64,000 bases of DNA from Candidatus Omnitrophota bacterium. Its GTDB lineage: Bacteria; Omnitrophota; Gorgyraeia; B26-G9. Under the pieces are notes generated by a model. It had not been told where the DNA came from, ran no database searches, and saw only the letters and a program-made list of their open reading frames with translations. A program made the translations under genes and the position numbers. Each line of letters opens with the position of its first letter. The first letter of the stretch is position 1. The DNA lies in contig JAZDHZ010000027.1 of NCBI GenBank assembly GCA_043805415.1, positions 71,542-135,541 on the forward strand. Reading direction: 5' to 3'. Shown here piece by piece: positions 21,504 through 33,426 of this stretch.

Positions 21504-21791
21504 TCAGCATACAGTATATGTATGTAATTTAAGAGCCGCTGCTGCTTCATCAACAGTAGCGTAGTAATTTTTGCGGCTTTCACAATGCTGCGGTTTAATA
21601 TGATTCTTTCCGGTATTAACATTCATTTGAGCAGGTGGTTCAATCCGAATATCCATATCTTCAGAAAAACGATGAATTATTCCATACCCTTTAGAAAGCG
21701 ATGTGCCGCCTTTTAACTCAAATTGAAATTCATTTTGCTGCAACCCATATAATACACGCATTATCCAATAATCCTTTTCCACTTCTTCCAC
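21504..21791 (-). pseudogene. AbiEii nucleotidyltransferase toxin fragment fused to an excisionase-like HTH fragment
   Basis: EKDYWI...ELKGGTSLSKGYGIIHRFSEDMDI (AbiEii), then YATVDEAAAALKLHTYTV (HTH_17-like). Confidence 0.75.
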
Positions 21792-23987
<2,196 letters not shown>

Positions 23988-23998
23988 TTACCCCCTTC

Positions 23999-24436
23999 TT
24001 ATTTTTTTCTTTTGCATTTATCACATATATGCTCTAAAACTACCCTTTTCCCTAGCACTTTGTATTTATTATTTATGCTCTTAGGAATTTTTAATTCATC
24101 AAAATCCTTGTTTTCAAAATCAATGATCCTCCCGCACTTTATACAATTGAGATGGTGATGATTTTCTGTATCAGGATCAAATCTTTTCTGGCGGTTATAG
24201 CTTTCTGCTATTTTAATAATACCGATATCCGCATAGGACAATAATGTCCTGTTTACAGTATCAAATGAAATATTAAGAAACTTTATTTTTACCTTTTTAT
24301 AAATATCATCAGCAGAAGGATGCGTCAGATCATCTTTTAATGCTTCATATATCGCTATCCTCTGCGGAGTAATCCTCAAATTAAACTCTCTGCATTTTTC
24401 TTTTAAAAATTTGGTGAATTTTTTTGGTTTATTCAT
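23999..24436 (-). CDS. perR: Fur family regulator, PerR-like
   Basis: RITPQRIAI, HPSADDIY, HHHLNCIKCG, C-terminal CxxC; directly upstream of katG. Confidence 0.85.
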   Translation of the reverse strand: MNKPKKFTKFLKEKCREFNLRITPQRIAIYEALKDDLTHPSADDIYKKVKIKFLNISFDTVNRTLLSYADIGIIKIAESYNRQKRFDPDTENHHHLNCIKCGRIIDFENKDFDELKIPKSINNKYKVLGKRVVLEHICDKCKRKK

Positions 24437-24472
24437 AATAATTACTATATAGTATTTACTCCTATTTGTAAA
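24437..24472 (-). promoter_or_regulatory. perR-katG promoter with candidate Per boxes
   Basis: TTTACA-17-TATAGT, 7 nt before the ATG; AT-rich imperfect palindromes ATAGGAGTAAATACTAT and ATAGTAATTATTAT. Confidence 0.6.
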
Positions 24473-24483
24473 TGTTTTTAAAA

Positions 24484-24521
24484 AATAAAAACCGCCAGGT
24501 TTCTCCTTCCTTGGCGGTTTA
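24484..24521 (-). terminator. Intrinsic terminator-like hairpin
   Basis: AAACCGCCA...TGGCGGTTT stem followed by a T-rich tract on the minus strand. Confidence 0.55.
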
Positions 24522-24671
24522 AGTCTTATTTTAATTTTACTCTTTTAAGAGCTTATTGGCAACAGAAAAAAATTATCGCATAGCCTCAACCAGTATATAT
24601 TCAACTTTTTCTTTTCTATGGCGTATCTCCCCAAAAATTGTACCGCTTGAAATGATAGGTTAAGCAGGCAA

Positions 24672-24706
24672 AATAAAAAACCCCCTGTATAGCAGGAGGT
24701 TTTTAT
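24672..24706 (-). terminator. Terminator after tRNA-Gln
   Basis: AAAAACCTCCTGC-TAT-ACAGGGGGTTTTTT on the minus strand. Confidence 0.7.
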
Positions 24707-24708
24707 TT

Positions 24709-24783
24709 TGGCTGCCCCGCATGGACTTGAACCATGAACAAATGATCCAGAATCATCCGTGTTGCCAATTACACCACGGGGCA
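24709..24783 (-). tRNA. tRNA-Gln (CTG)
   Basis: TGCCCCG acceptor stem, anticodon loop TT-CTG-GA, GGTTCAAGTCC T-arm, encoded CCA. Confidence 0.96.
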
Positions 24784-24825
24784 GTAAATTTAATTATCAA
24801 ATCATACCAGAGTTAACTGAATTTG

Positions 24826-26133
24826 TCAAATATCGAATTCTTTTGCTTTTAGTTTATTTATTACTTTTAAAAGCCTGGCTATTGATTTTTCTTTGCCTAA
24901 AAATTCAATCACTTCAAATATCCCCGCGCTAACACTTCCTCCGGTTAAAGCCACCCGCACAGGATGGATCATGTCTCCGGCATTAATTCCCAAGGAATTA
25001 ACTAAAGAGCGGACATTTGCTTCTATTTGCTGTTTATCAAAAGGATTGCTTTTTTCTAAAGCCTGAGTGAATTTTTCCAGATAATCACAGGCATTATCAA
25101 TCTTTAAAAATTTATCCACTGCTTCCTGGTCATATTCTATTTCATCAGTAAAGAAAAAACCGGCTAATTTAGGGAAATGTTCTAAAGTCGGCAGCCGCGT
25201 TTTATACAGATCAATCAAGCCAGTCAGCCATTTTTTATCATAAGTATCTGAGATATAACCCTTTTCCCTTAAACTGGGAATAATCATTTCTGTCAGTTTA
25301 TCAATATCCATTTCTTTGATATATTGGCCATTGACCCAGCTTAAACGGATCATATCAAAAATTGCCGCTGTTTTATTAACCCGTTTCAGGGAAAATTCTT
25401 TAACCAGAGTTTTTAAGCTGAACATTTCTTTATCATTACCTGGATTCCAGCCAAGCAAGGCAAGATAATTCACCAAAGCTTCCGGCAAATAGCCTTGCTT
25501 GCGGTATTCACTGATCGCGGTTGCGCCATGGCGTTTAGACATGCGCGAGCCGTCTTCTCCATGGATCATCGGGATATGGACAAATTTCGGCAGCTTAAAA
25601 CCCAGAGCTTCATAAAGCATTATCTGCTTAGGCGTATTGGCAATATGATCATCTCCCCGGATAATATGGGTCATTTCCATTAAAGCATCATCAACCACAC
25701 AGCAGAAATTATAAGCCGGGCTTCCGTCAGATTTCATCAGTACTTGATCTTTTAATTGCTCAGTACCAATCGTAATTTCACCGCGCAAAACATCAAAGAA
25801 CTTTATCTGCGTATTTTCCGGAATGCGATAAATAATCGCCTCGCCGTCTTTATAGGCTTTGCCGCAATCAAGCAGTTTTTTAGCATGCTCCTGATAAATA
25901 GCAAAGCGCTCGCTTTGATAATATAATTCATCCCAATCCAGTCCCAGCCATTTCAGACTGTCGAGAATTTCATCAAGATATCTTTTTTCCGAACGCACCT
26001 GATCAGTATCTTCGATCCGCAGGATAAATTTTCCATTTGTTGATCTCGCGTAAAGCCAGTTAAACAAACATGTCCGGGCACCACCAATATGCAAAAAACC
26101 AGTCGGCGACGGAGCAAAACGCACTACAGGCAT
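24826..26133 (-). CDS. gltX: Glutamate--tRNA ligase
   Basis: RFAPSPTGFLHIG, LRIEDTD, RMSKR. Confidence 0.97.
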   Translation of the reverse strand: MPVVRFAPSPTGFLHIGGARTCLFNWLYARSTNGKFILRIEDTDQVRSEKRYLDEILDSLKWLGLDWDELYYQSERFAIYQEHAKKLLDCGKAYKDGEAIIYRIPENTQIKFFDVLRGEITIGTEQLKDQVLMKSDGSPAYNFCCVVDDALMEMTHIIRGDDHIANTPKQIMLYEALGFKLPKFVHIPMIHGEDGSRMSKRHGATAISEYRKQGYLPEALVNYLALLGWNPGNDKEMFSLKTLVKEFSLKRVNKTAAIFDMIRLSWVNGQYIKEMDIDKLTEMIIPSLREKGYISDTYDKKWLTGLIDLYKTRLPTLEHFPKLAGFFFTDEIEYDQEAVDKFLKIDNACDYLEKFTQALEKSNPFDKQQIEANVRSLVNSLGINAGDMIHPVRVALTGGSVSAGIFEVIEFLGKEKSIARLLKVINKLKAKEFDI

Positions 26134-26149
26134 AATTTATAATCCTTGT

Positions 26150-26200
26150 TTAGAGTTATGAGTTACGAATTATGAGTGACAAATTACTAATTATGAATCA
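26150..26200. repeat. Degenerate 7-bp tandem repeat (AGTTATG/AATTATG family)
   Basis: agttatg agttacg aattatg agtgac... between dxs and gltX. Confidence 0.55.
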
Positions 26201-26240
26201 ACAAATTCTCTTTTAGCAACCACTTATAATTAATCATTGT

Positions 26241-28130
26241 TTACTTTATTATCAATGCATGATAAAACTGTTTCACAGAATCAGCAATCCCTTGTGCATT
26301 TAATCCGCACTGGCTAAGCAATTGATCGCGTTTGCCATGCTTTAAAAATTTATCCGGCAGCCCCAGTATTTTTATATGGCAATGTTCAGTTAAGTTATTT
26401 TGGATAAATTCCGATACAGCGCTGCCGAATCCGCCGCTAATCACTCCGTCTTCCACTGTAATTATCGCTTTAAACTCACTAGCTTTTTGTCTGATCAGTT
26501 CCTCATCTAAAGGTTTTGCAAAACGCGCATCAACTACTTCCGCGTAAATATCCTGCTCCTCGAGGATTTTAGCTGCCTCAAATGCCGGCGCAACCATGCT
26601 GCCCAAAGCAAAAATCGAAACATCTTTGCCTTCGCGAATAATCCGGGACTTACCCAGGGGAATTAATGAATTACTGGCTTTAATGCCCATATCCGGCACG
26701 CAATCTTTAGGATAACGAATAGCGCATGGCGGTTTTAAAGCCATGGCTAAAGTCAATAAACGTTCAAACTCATCTTTATCCGATGGAGCCATAACCACCA
26801 TATTCGGAATAAGCCGCAGATAAGCAATATCAAAAACTCCATTATGCGTTGGTCCGTCATCAGGAACAATCCCGGCCCGGTCAATGGCAAATACTACCGG
26901 CAGTTTCTGCAAGCAAACATCATGGATAATCTGATCAAAGCTTCTTTGGAGAAAAGTCGAATAAATCGCCACTACTGGTTTATAACCGCCCCGGGCAAGC
27001 CCGGCAGCAAATCCAACCGCGTGCTCTTCGGCAATGCCGGTATCAAAAAAACGGTGCGGATATTTTTCGCCAAAAGCCTCAAATCCAGTGCCGCCTGGCA
27101 TAGCCGCGGTAATTGCCACTATTTTTTCATTTTTCGCCCCAAGCTCCAGCATTTTTTCCTGAAAAACTTCGGTATACGATTGTCCGCTAGACTTTTTCAT
27201 TATCCCCGAACAAATTTCAAATTTTCCCGCGCTGTGAAATTTTGACGGAGCATTTTCCGCGTGTTCATAGCCTTTACCTTTTTTGGTCAATAAATGAATA
27301 AGCACTGGTTCATTCAAATTAGAAGCATTTTTAAACATTTCAATCATGGCCGGAATATCCTGGCCATCAATCGGTCCAAAATATCTAAAGCCTAATTCTT
27401 CAAACCATAAACCCGGTACCAGCATTTTAATTAAACCCATTTCCAGCTGTTTGGCAGCGCGCAAAGTCCGGAAGCCAAACCAAGGAATTCTTTTTAACAG
27501 TTTTTCCACATCATTGCGAATCCGGTTATAGACAGGGCTGCTGACTATTCGGTTTAAATAACTGCTCAGCGCCCCGATACTGGGAGAAATACTATGTTCA
27601 TTATCATTTAAAATAACCATTAATTTTTTATTCAAATGCCCGGTATGATTCAATGCTTCAAAAGCCATGCCATTAGCCAGTGATGCGTCACCGATAACCG
27701 CGGCTATTTTATTATCATCCATATGGGTTAGGTCCCTGGCACAAGCCAGTCCCAGTGCCCAGGAAATAGATGTTGAACTGTGTCCGACTGTAAAATAATC
27801 ATAAGCCGGATTCTCATCAATATCCGGAAAACCGCTCAAACCGCCTGGCTGTCTTAAAGTCGCGAAATCATTTTTCCGTCCGGTAAGGATCTTATGCGTA
27901 TAAGCCTGATGCCCGACATCCCAAAGAATAACATCCTTGGGCATATCTAAACAATAATGCAAAGCAATGGTCAGCTCAATTGTTCCCAGATTACTGGCTA
28001 AATGCCCTCCGGTTTTGGCAACAGTATCAATTATTAAATGGCGGATTTCAACAGCCAGGGCCTGCAGTTCTTTAAGTGAAAGTTTTTTAAGATCATGCGG
28101 CCGATAGATCTTGTCTAATATCTTTTCCAT
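26241..28130 (-). CDS. dxs: 1-deoxy-D-xylulose-5-phosphate synthase
   Basis: GGHLASNLG, WDVGHQAY, GIAEEHA, DRAGIV..DGPTH. Confidence 0.97.
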   Translation of the reverse strand: MEKILDKIYRPHDLKKLSLKELQALAVEIRHLIIDTVAKTGGHLASNLGTIELTIALHYCLDMPKDVILWDVGHQAYTHKILTGRKNDFATLRQPGGLSGFPDIDENPAYDYFTVGHSSTSISWALGLACARDLTHMDDNKIAAVIGDASLANGMAFEALNHTGHLNKKLMVILNDNEHSISPSIGALSSYLNRIVSSPVYNRIRNDVEKLLKRIPWFGFRTLRAAKQLEMGLIKMLVPGLWFEELGFRYFGPIDGQDIPAMIEMFKNASNLNEPVLIHLLTKKGKGYEHAENAPSKFHSAGKFEICSGIMKKSSGQSYTEVFQEKMLELGAKNEKIVAITAAMPGGTGFEAFGEKYPHRFFDTGIAEEHAVGFAAGLARGGYKPVVAIYSTFLQRSFDQIIHDVCLQKLPVVFAIDRAGIVPDDGPTHNGVFDIAYLRLIPNMVVMAPSDKDEFERLLTLAMALKPPCAIRYPKDCVPDMGIKASNSLIPLGKSRIIREGKDVSIFALGSMVAPAFEAAKILEEQDIYAEVVDARFAKPLDEELIRQKASEFKAIITVEDGVISGGFGSAVSEFIQNNLTEHCHIKILGLPDKFLKHGKRDQLLSQCGLNAQGIADSVKQFYHALIIK

Positions 28131-28147
28131 AAATATATTCCTTGGTT

Positions 28148-28387
28148 TTATTCGCCAGCTAATCCCTGTTCATCAAAACTTTTTAACTCTAGGGTTTTCC
28201 CATCTTTTTTAACCAAAACATCAACTTTTTTCTTAGCTTCTTGGAGTTTTTTATTGCAAATCGCGATTAATTTCATTCCCTCTTCATAGTTTTTAAGCGA
28301 AGCATCTAAAGATATATCCTCCGATTCCAGATCTTCAGCAATTTTTTCCAGACTTTTTAATGCCTGTTCAAACGAAAGCTCTTTCAT
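28148..28387 (-). CDS. xseB: Exodeoxyribonuclease VII small subunit
   Basis: SFEQALKSLEKI..LE...SLDASLKNYEEG. Confidence 0.95.
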   Translation of the reverse strand: MKELSFEQALKSLEKIAEDLESEDISLDASLKNYEEGMKLIAICNKKLQEAKKKVDVLVKKDGKTLELKSFDEQGLAGE

Positions 28388-29661
28388 TGTTCACATTCCT
28401 CCACTTGACTTATAATAACACCTTTGTCTAATTTTGTCTCTATCATATCTCCTTTTTTTAAACCCTTAATAGTTTTGAGCGCTTTTTTTTCAAAACGCAA
28501 ATAAGTAACGCTATATCCTCTGGATAATATGGCCAAGGGGTTAAGATTAATCAGCCTGGCGCTGATCTGAGCTAAATGAGATTGTTTAGTCTTCAATAAT
28601 CTAATAATCCCTGTATCCAGGCTGGGCAAAGCATTAAACTGAGCTGTTTTACTATCCAGAACATTTAAAACCCCGGTTTTAAGCCTTTTATCAAAACCAT
28701 CTAAATACTGCTGATATTGTTCCACAATCACCTGCGGCCTGCGCAAAGCATAACTTTTAAGCAAATGGCTAAACCGCATATGGGCTAATTTTAGCCTTTG
28801 TACAATCGACTCAGTTAATCGCTTGGCCATAGACTCAACCGCCAAAACTAATTGTTCTTTTTCCTGAACAACTAATTCCGCGGCAGCTGATGGCGTAGGC
28901 GCTCTGAGATCAGCGACAAAGTCGCAAATCGTAAAATCAATTTCATGTCCAACCGCAGAGATTATCGGAATTCGGGAATTATATACTGCCCGGGCCACTG
29001 GCTCTTCATTAAACGCCCATAAATCTTCTAAACTTCCCCCGCCTCGGCCGACAATAATCACGTCAATATCTTTAATTAAATTTAATTCTTCAATTCCCTG
29101 GGCAATATCTAAAGCCGCGGTTTTACCCTGAACAAGGCAAGGCCGGATAATGATATGCACATTAGCATAACGCCGATTAATAACCTGGAGAATATCCCTT
29201 ATTGCCGCGCCGGTAGAGGATGTAACAATCCCGATTTTCTGGGGTAAAAACGGCATTGGACGCTTATGCGCGCTGTCAAACAAACCTTCTTGTTCCAGTT
29301 TTTTCTTTAACTGTTCATAAGCCAGCTGCAAAGAGCCTTTGCCCAATGGTTCTACTGTATTAACATAAAGCTGATACTGACCGCTTTGATCATATAAACT
29401 AATCCGGCCTGAGCAGACACATTCCATACCCTCTTCCAGCTTAAAATTAAGCCGGCTGCTGGCGTTTTTAAAAAAAACACATTTCAGCTGGGCCTTTTCA
29501 TCTTTTAAGGTAAAATACATATGCCCGGATTGAGGAGTCCTAAGAGTAGAAACTTCGCCTTTTATCCAAACCTGAGGAAAACTATCTTCTAAAATCTCGC
29601 GGATATTGCGGGTTAGTTCTGCTACTGTATAAATTGTCTTTTCTTTAAATAAATCATTCAT
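28384..29661 (-). CDS. xseA: Exodeoxyribonuclease VII large subunit
   Basis: GEVS, SGHMYFTLKD, GRGGGSLEDLWAFNEE, AVGHEID, RAPTPSAAAE. Confidence 0.97.
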   Translation of the reverse strand: MNDLFKEKTIYTVAELTRNIREILEDSFPQVWIKGEVSTLRTPQSGHMYFTLKDEKAQLKCVFFKNASSRLNFKLEEGMECVCSGRISLYDQSGQYQLYVNTVEPLGKGSLQLAYEQLKKKLEQEGLFDSAHKRPMPFLPQKIGIVTSSTGAAIRDILQVINRRYANVHIIIRPCLVQGKTAALDIAQGIEELNLIKDIDVIIVGRGGGSLEDLWAFNEEPVARAVYNSRIPIISAVGHEIDFTICDFVADLRAPTPSAAAELVVQEKEQLVLAVESMAKRLTESIVQRLKLAHMRFSHLLKSYALRRPQVIVEQYQQYLDGFDKRLKTGVLNVLDSKTAQFNALPSLDTGIIRLLKTKQSHLAQISARLINLNPLAILSRGYSVTYLRFEKKALKTIKGLKKGDMIETKLDKGVIISQVEECEQ

Positions 29662-29675
29662 AAATAACAGATTAC

Positions 29676-29836
29676 GTAGGGGCAAGGCATGCCTTGCCTG
29701 TTACTCCCGATAATAATTAATATTATGTTCATCCAAATTCTATATTCCGCAAATTATTTTATTATAAAATGCCTATTTACAATTAAATTTACTATTTTTT
29801 CGTTTCATTAGAGGACAGGGCCTGCCCTGTCCCTAC
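29676..29836. repeat. Inverted pair of GTAG-type REP palindromes (REPIN-like)
   Basis: GTAGGGGCAAGGCATGCCTTGCCTGTTAC at 29676-29704 (+) and GTAGGGACAGGGCAGGCCCTGTCCTCTA at 29809-29836 (-). Confidence 0.75.
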
Positions 29837-29838
29837 AA

Positions 29839-30937
29839 CTACCCTTTTACACTCCATTTTAAAAACCCTTCAAGAAAATCATCAAGTTTTCCGTCCATCA
29901 CCGGCGGCACATTGCCGGTTTCCACACCGGTCCGATGATCTTTAATCATGGAATAAGGGTGCATAACATAAGAGCGGATCTGACTGCCCCATTCTATTTT
30001 TTTCTTCAAAGCATTATGTTTATCAGCTTCTGCCTGGCGCTGTTTTAATTCCCGCTCATAAAGCTTTGACTTTAACATTTTCATGGCCATGGCTTTATTT
30101 TTTATCTGCGAACGCTCATTCTGGCATTGCACAACTATATTTGTCGGTAAATGCGTTATCCTCACCGCGGAATCAGTAGTATTAACATGCTGCCCGCCGG
30201 CACCGCCGGATCGGCAAACATCTACGCGCAAATCATCTTCATTGATTTCAATATTTATATCCTGATCCACTTCCGGAATAACTTCCACAGAAACAAAAGA
30301 TGTATGCCGGCGTTTATTCGAATCAAACGGAGATATGCGCACCAAACGGTGTACCCCGTTTTCGCCTTTTAATTTTCCATAGACAAATATGCCTTTGATT
30401 AATATTGTCGCGCTCTTAACTCCAGCTTCTTCTCCAGGCAGAAGATCAATATTATCCACGCTAAATCCATTATTTTCCGCCCAGCGGCTGTACATGCGCA
30501 AAAGCATGCTCGCCCAATCACAAGACTCAGTGCCCCCAGCTCCGGCATGAATACTTAAAAAAGCATTTGCCGGATCATCTTGACCGGAAAGCAGTAAATT
30601 CACTTCCAGTTTGTCAATTAATTTTGCCAGCTCGGAAATTTCGCTATTGATTTGACGCAGAGTATCAGTATCATTAGATTCTACCAGTTCTAATAATTCT
30701 CCAATATTCTTTACATCTGATTCTGCTTTTTGGATAGGTTCTGCCTGACGTTTAAGCAGTTTTAAATCTTTTATAATTATATTGGCTTTTTCCTGATCAT
30801 TCCAAAAATTAGAAGCCGCCATTTTTTCTTCTAGTATTTTGATTTTAGCTTGCTTTGAAGCCAGGTCAAAGATACCCCCTGAGCTGTTCAAACTTTTTTA
30901 AAATTGCCGCGTATTTTTCATTTAATTGTTCGTGCAT
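29839..30937 (-). CDS. prfB: Peptide chain release factor 2 with programmed +1 frameshift
   Basis: MHEQL...LRGYL then the AGGGGG-TAT-CTT-TGA-C shift site at ~30865-30880; SPF and GGQ motifs. Confidence 0.97.
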
Positions 30938-30962
30938 GGAAAAATTTCCCTTTTTTATATTT

Positions 30963-31049
30963 TGGTGCCGAAGGTGGGATTTGAACCCACACGTTCTTGC
31001 GAACACATGGCCCTGAACCATGCGCGTCTGCCAGTTCCACCACTTCGGC
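30963..31049 (-). tRNA. tRNA-Leu (CAG)
   Basis: GCCGAAG acceptor stem, CATGG-TT-CAG-GG-CCATG anticodon arm, long variable arm, GGTTCAAATCC, CCA. Confidence 0.96.
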
Positions 31050-31104
31050 TTGAGCATATTAGTTTACTATTAGACAAGAGAAAATGCAAATTAAAACTTA
31101 TATC

Positions 31105-31452
31105 TTACTTATTAGTAGGCAGATAGGAAATTTCCTGACTTAAAAATAAGTCATTTTGTAATACACCATTTACAACCACCAAATCATCTATTCTAATTGA
31201 CTCTAAAGTATAGCTTTTATTTGTTTTATCCATACGGTTGGTTATTACAGCCTTTGGTAAGACTGTAACCAACACTTCTTTGTTTATATGCGGCAAGTAT
31301 ACATTTAAATTACTCTTCCCTACATCTTTCACAATCCCGCTTAGTTGAAAAGGCGGATTATATTGCTCCGCGGCTTGAGCAAAACAAGCAATCAAAGCAA
31401 TGCCGCAAATCAAACTGATTATTCCTAGTCTTTTTTTCATCATCTCAACCAA
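31105..31452 (-). CDS. Small exported hypothetical protein (OB-fold-like)
   Basis: Signal peptide ending AQA; LSGIVKDV...IRIDDLVVVNG. Confidence 0.65.
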   Translation of the reverse strand: MVEMMKKRLGIISLICGIALIACFAQAAEQYNPPFQLSGIVKDVGKSNLNVYLPHINKEVLVTVLPKAVITNRMDKTNKSYTLESIRIDDLVVVNGVLQNDLFLSQEISYLPTNK

Positions 31453-31711
31453 ATTTATAAACCTTTCTGATCGGCTCTAATACTGTCCAGGTGCAGGACA
31501 AGCCCTTGGGAAATATAACCAAATCGCCCGCGCCGAAATTAACTTCCTGATTTGCGGTTTTAACTTTTACTTTACCTTCAAATACATAAGCTGTCTCTTT
31601 ATCCGAGTAAGTCCAGTCAAAGGTGCTTTTCTCGCATTCCCAGGTACTCCAGCTTTTTATCCCTAATTTATCCAGCTCTTTTTGGGTCGGTTTTTTAACT
31701 TCAATCTTCAT
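31445..31711 (-). CDS. Cupin domain protein (DUF861-like)
   Basis: WSTWECEKSTFDWTY..ETAYVFEGKV..GAGDLVIFPKGLSCTW; AGGAGG RBS. Confidence 0.9.
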   Translation of the reverse strand: MKIEVKKPTQKELDKLGIKSWSTWECEKSTFDWTYSDKETAYVFEGKVKVKTANQEVNFGAGDLVIFPKGLSCTWTVLEPIRKVYKFG

Positions 31712-31794
31712 AATATAACCTCCTTTTGTAAAATCACCGCATAAAATCTTTTGCTTATTATTATACCGCCTAATCAGCAAAAAAATCCAGCAAA

Positions 31795-32976
31795 TTAGAC
31801 AATTGAACAAATACTGGCCGGATATACGGTCCAATCCCCAAATTTTTGATTAATTTCATCCTGGGCATTGCAAATCCGAAAACGTTTTTGCGCGTCAGCC
31901 AAAAGAAAATTTCCAGTAGCCGGAAGCAGGTTTTTGACGCTTAAGCCTAAAGCCCGGACTTCAACATTTCCCGCCTTTAATTTATCCAGTAAAAATAAGG
32001 CGCGTTTAAATAAATGATTCGAATCATTACTATATTCTTTAAAGTTCTTTTCCCCACTAATAAATTTCATGTCCGGCTTGCGCAAATAAACATGCACGGT
32101 ATTTGCTTCTAATTTATGCTTGCGCAATCTAAAGCTCACCATCTCAGATAGTAATTGCAGCCAAGCTTCTACTTCATGACGGGCATAAATATTATTGGTA
32201 AGAGTATAAGAATGCCCGATTGATTTTGGTGCTTTTGGTTTTTGATTTATCCATTCTATCTGATCTTCATCAGCAAACTCAGGATGAGCAACCGCGTACA
32301 TCCATAGTCCGACCCTGCCGAATCTTTGCTGAAAAAAATCCGCGGAAAACTTCTGCAGATCGGCAAAAGTAAATATGGAAAGATTATTCAATCTATCTGT
32401 CAAGCTCCTGCCTATGCCCGGGATTTTTTGGATAGGTAAATCTTTTAATCCAAAAGCAATATCTTCTATTTCCAATATCAGCATACCATCTGGTTTTTTA
32501 AGTTTAGAAGCAATCTTGGACATTAAACGATTTACAGATATGCCCACTGATCCGGTAATCGAAAAGCGCTTTTGGATAGCATGCTTTATCTGCATCCCCA
32601 GCTCAAGATATGAGCTAAACATTTTATCCAAGCCGGTAATATCCAGATAAAATTCATCAACTGACGCTTGTTCAACTTGCGGCGAATAGCTTTTAAGCAT
32701 CTCCGCTATTTGATTAGACACATAAACATACTTTGCCGAATCCGCGGCCACAAATTCCGCATATGGACATATCCGCAATGCTTCCTGCGCACTCATCCCG
32801 GAATTTATGCCCAGGGCTTTTGCCTCATAAGAAGCAGCGCAGACAACTGTACGCTGTTTATCAGCCCGGCCTCCGACAATCAAAGGTTTGCCTTTAAGCC
32901 GCGGATTATGCGCTTGTTCTACTGATGCAAAAAACGCGTCCATATCAATATGTAGGATTTTAGATTCTTTTTTCAT
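31795..32976 (-). CDS. dinB: DNA polymerase IV (Y family)
   Basis: HIDMDAFFASVEQ, ASYEAK, SVDEFYLD, SKLKKPDG, IPGIG. Confidence 0.95.
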   Translation of the reverse strand: MKKESKILHIDMDAFFASVEQAHNPRLKGKPLIVGGRADKQRTVVCAASYEAKALGINSGMSAQEALRICPYAEFVAADSAKYVYVSNQIAEMLKSYSPQVEQASVDEFYLDITGLDKMFSSYLELGMQIKHAIQKRFSITGSVGISVNRLMSKIASKLKKPDGMLILEIEDIAFGLKDLPIQKIPGIGRSLTDRLNNLSIFTFADLQKFSADFFQQRFGRVGLWMYAVAHPEFADEDQIEWINQKPKAPKSIGHSYTLTNNIYARHEVEAWLQLLSEMVSFRLRKHKLEANTVHVYLRKPDMKFISGEKNFKEYSNDSNHLFKRALFLLDKLKAGNVEVRALGLSVKNLLPATGNFLLADAQKRFRICNAQDEINQKFGDWTVYPASICSIV

Positions 32977-33009
32977 TTAGTACCACGTCGTGCGTATTGC
33001 GTAAAACCG

Positions 33010-33425
33010 AAAGATGAGAGACGATCGCTGCGCTAGGACGATAGACGAAAAAGTATAAATCAAAAAGGTTGCTGCTTTTCACTCGCAATACTCAATACGC
33101 GATACGCAATACTTTTTCCCTTGTGTCCTTGTGACAGGTGTCTTGCGACCAACTTATAGAAGGCGGTTCGGAATCAATTATTTTGGCTCATTCTCGCCTT
33201 ACATCCTGTAATGCTCCGAGGATGAATCTCTGATTTTGCCAGTCCTATCAAAATCAGGCTTCAAATCCGCCTAAATAATTATTCCTGCCCTTTATAGTTT
33301 ATAGTTATTAATTACGAATTTTTAGTTTTTACTTTTTACCATTAGCCATCGACCATCAGCTATTAGCCCTATGCTTTTACCCTGCAACCTGTGACATGTG
33401 TCTTGCAACTTGTGTCTTGTATCGG
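33010..33425. repeat. Stack of several distinct degenerate heptamer tandem repeats
   Basis: CGCAATA/CTCAATA/CGCGATA (~33083-33112), TAGTTTT-type (~33295-33338), ATTAGCC/ATCGACC/ATCAGCT (33341-33368), CTGCAAC/CTGTGAC/TTGTGTC (~33382-33423). Confidence 0.7.
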
Positions 33426-33426
33426 G

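Noticed and set aside
30860-30885. prfB split in two frames
   Set aside because: This is the well-known autoregulatory CTT-TGA +1 frameshift, not novel.
30866-31126. ORFs 30866-31057 (upstream part) and 30926-31126
   Set aside because: They overlap tRNA-Leu; only the part from 30937 is the true prfB N-terminus.
33010-33425. CRISPR array
   Set aside because: Units are 7-bp degenerate tandems without spacers, and no cas genes are present.
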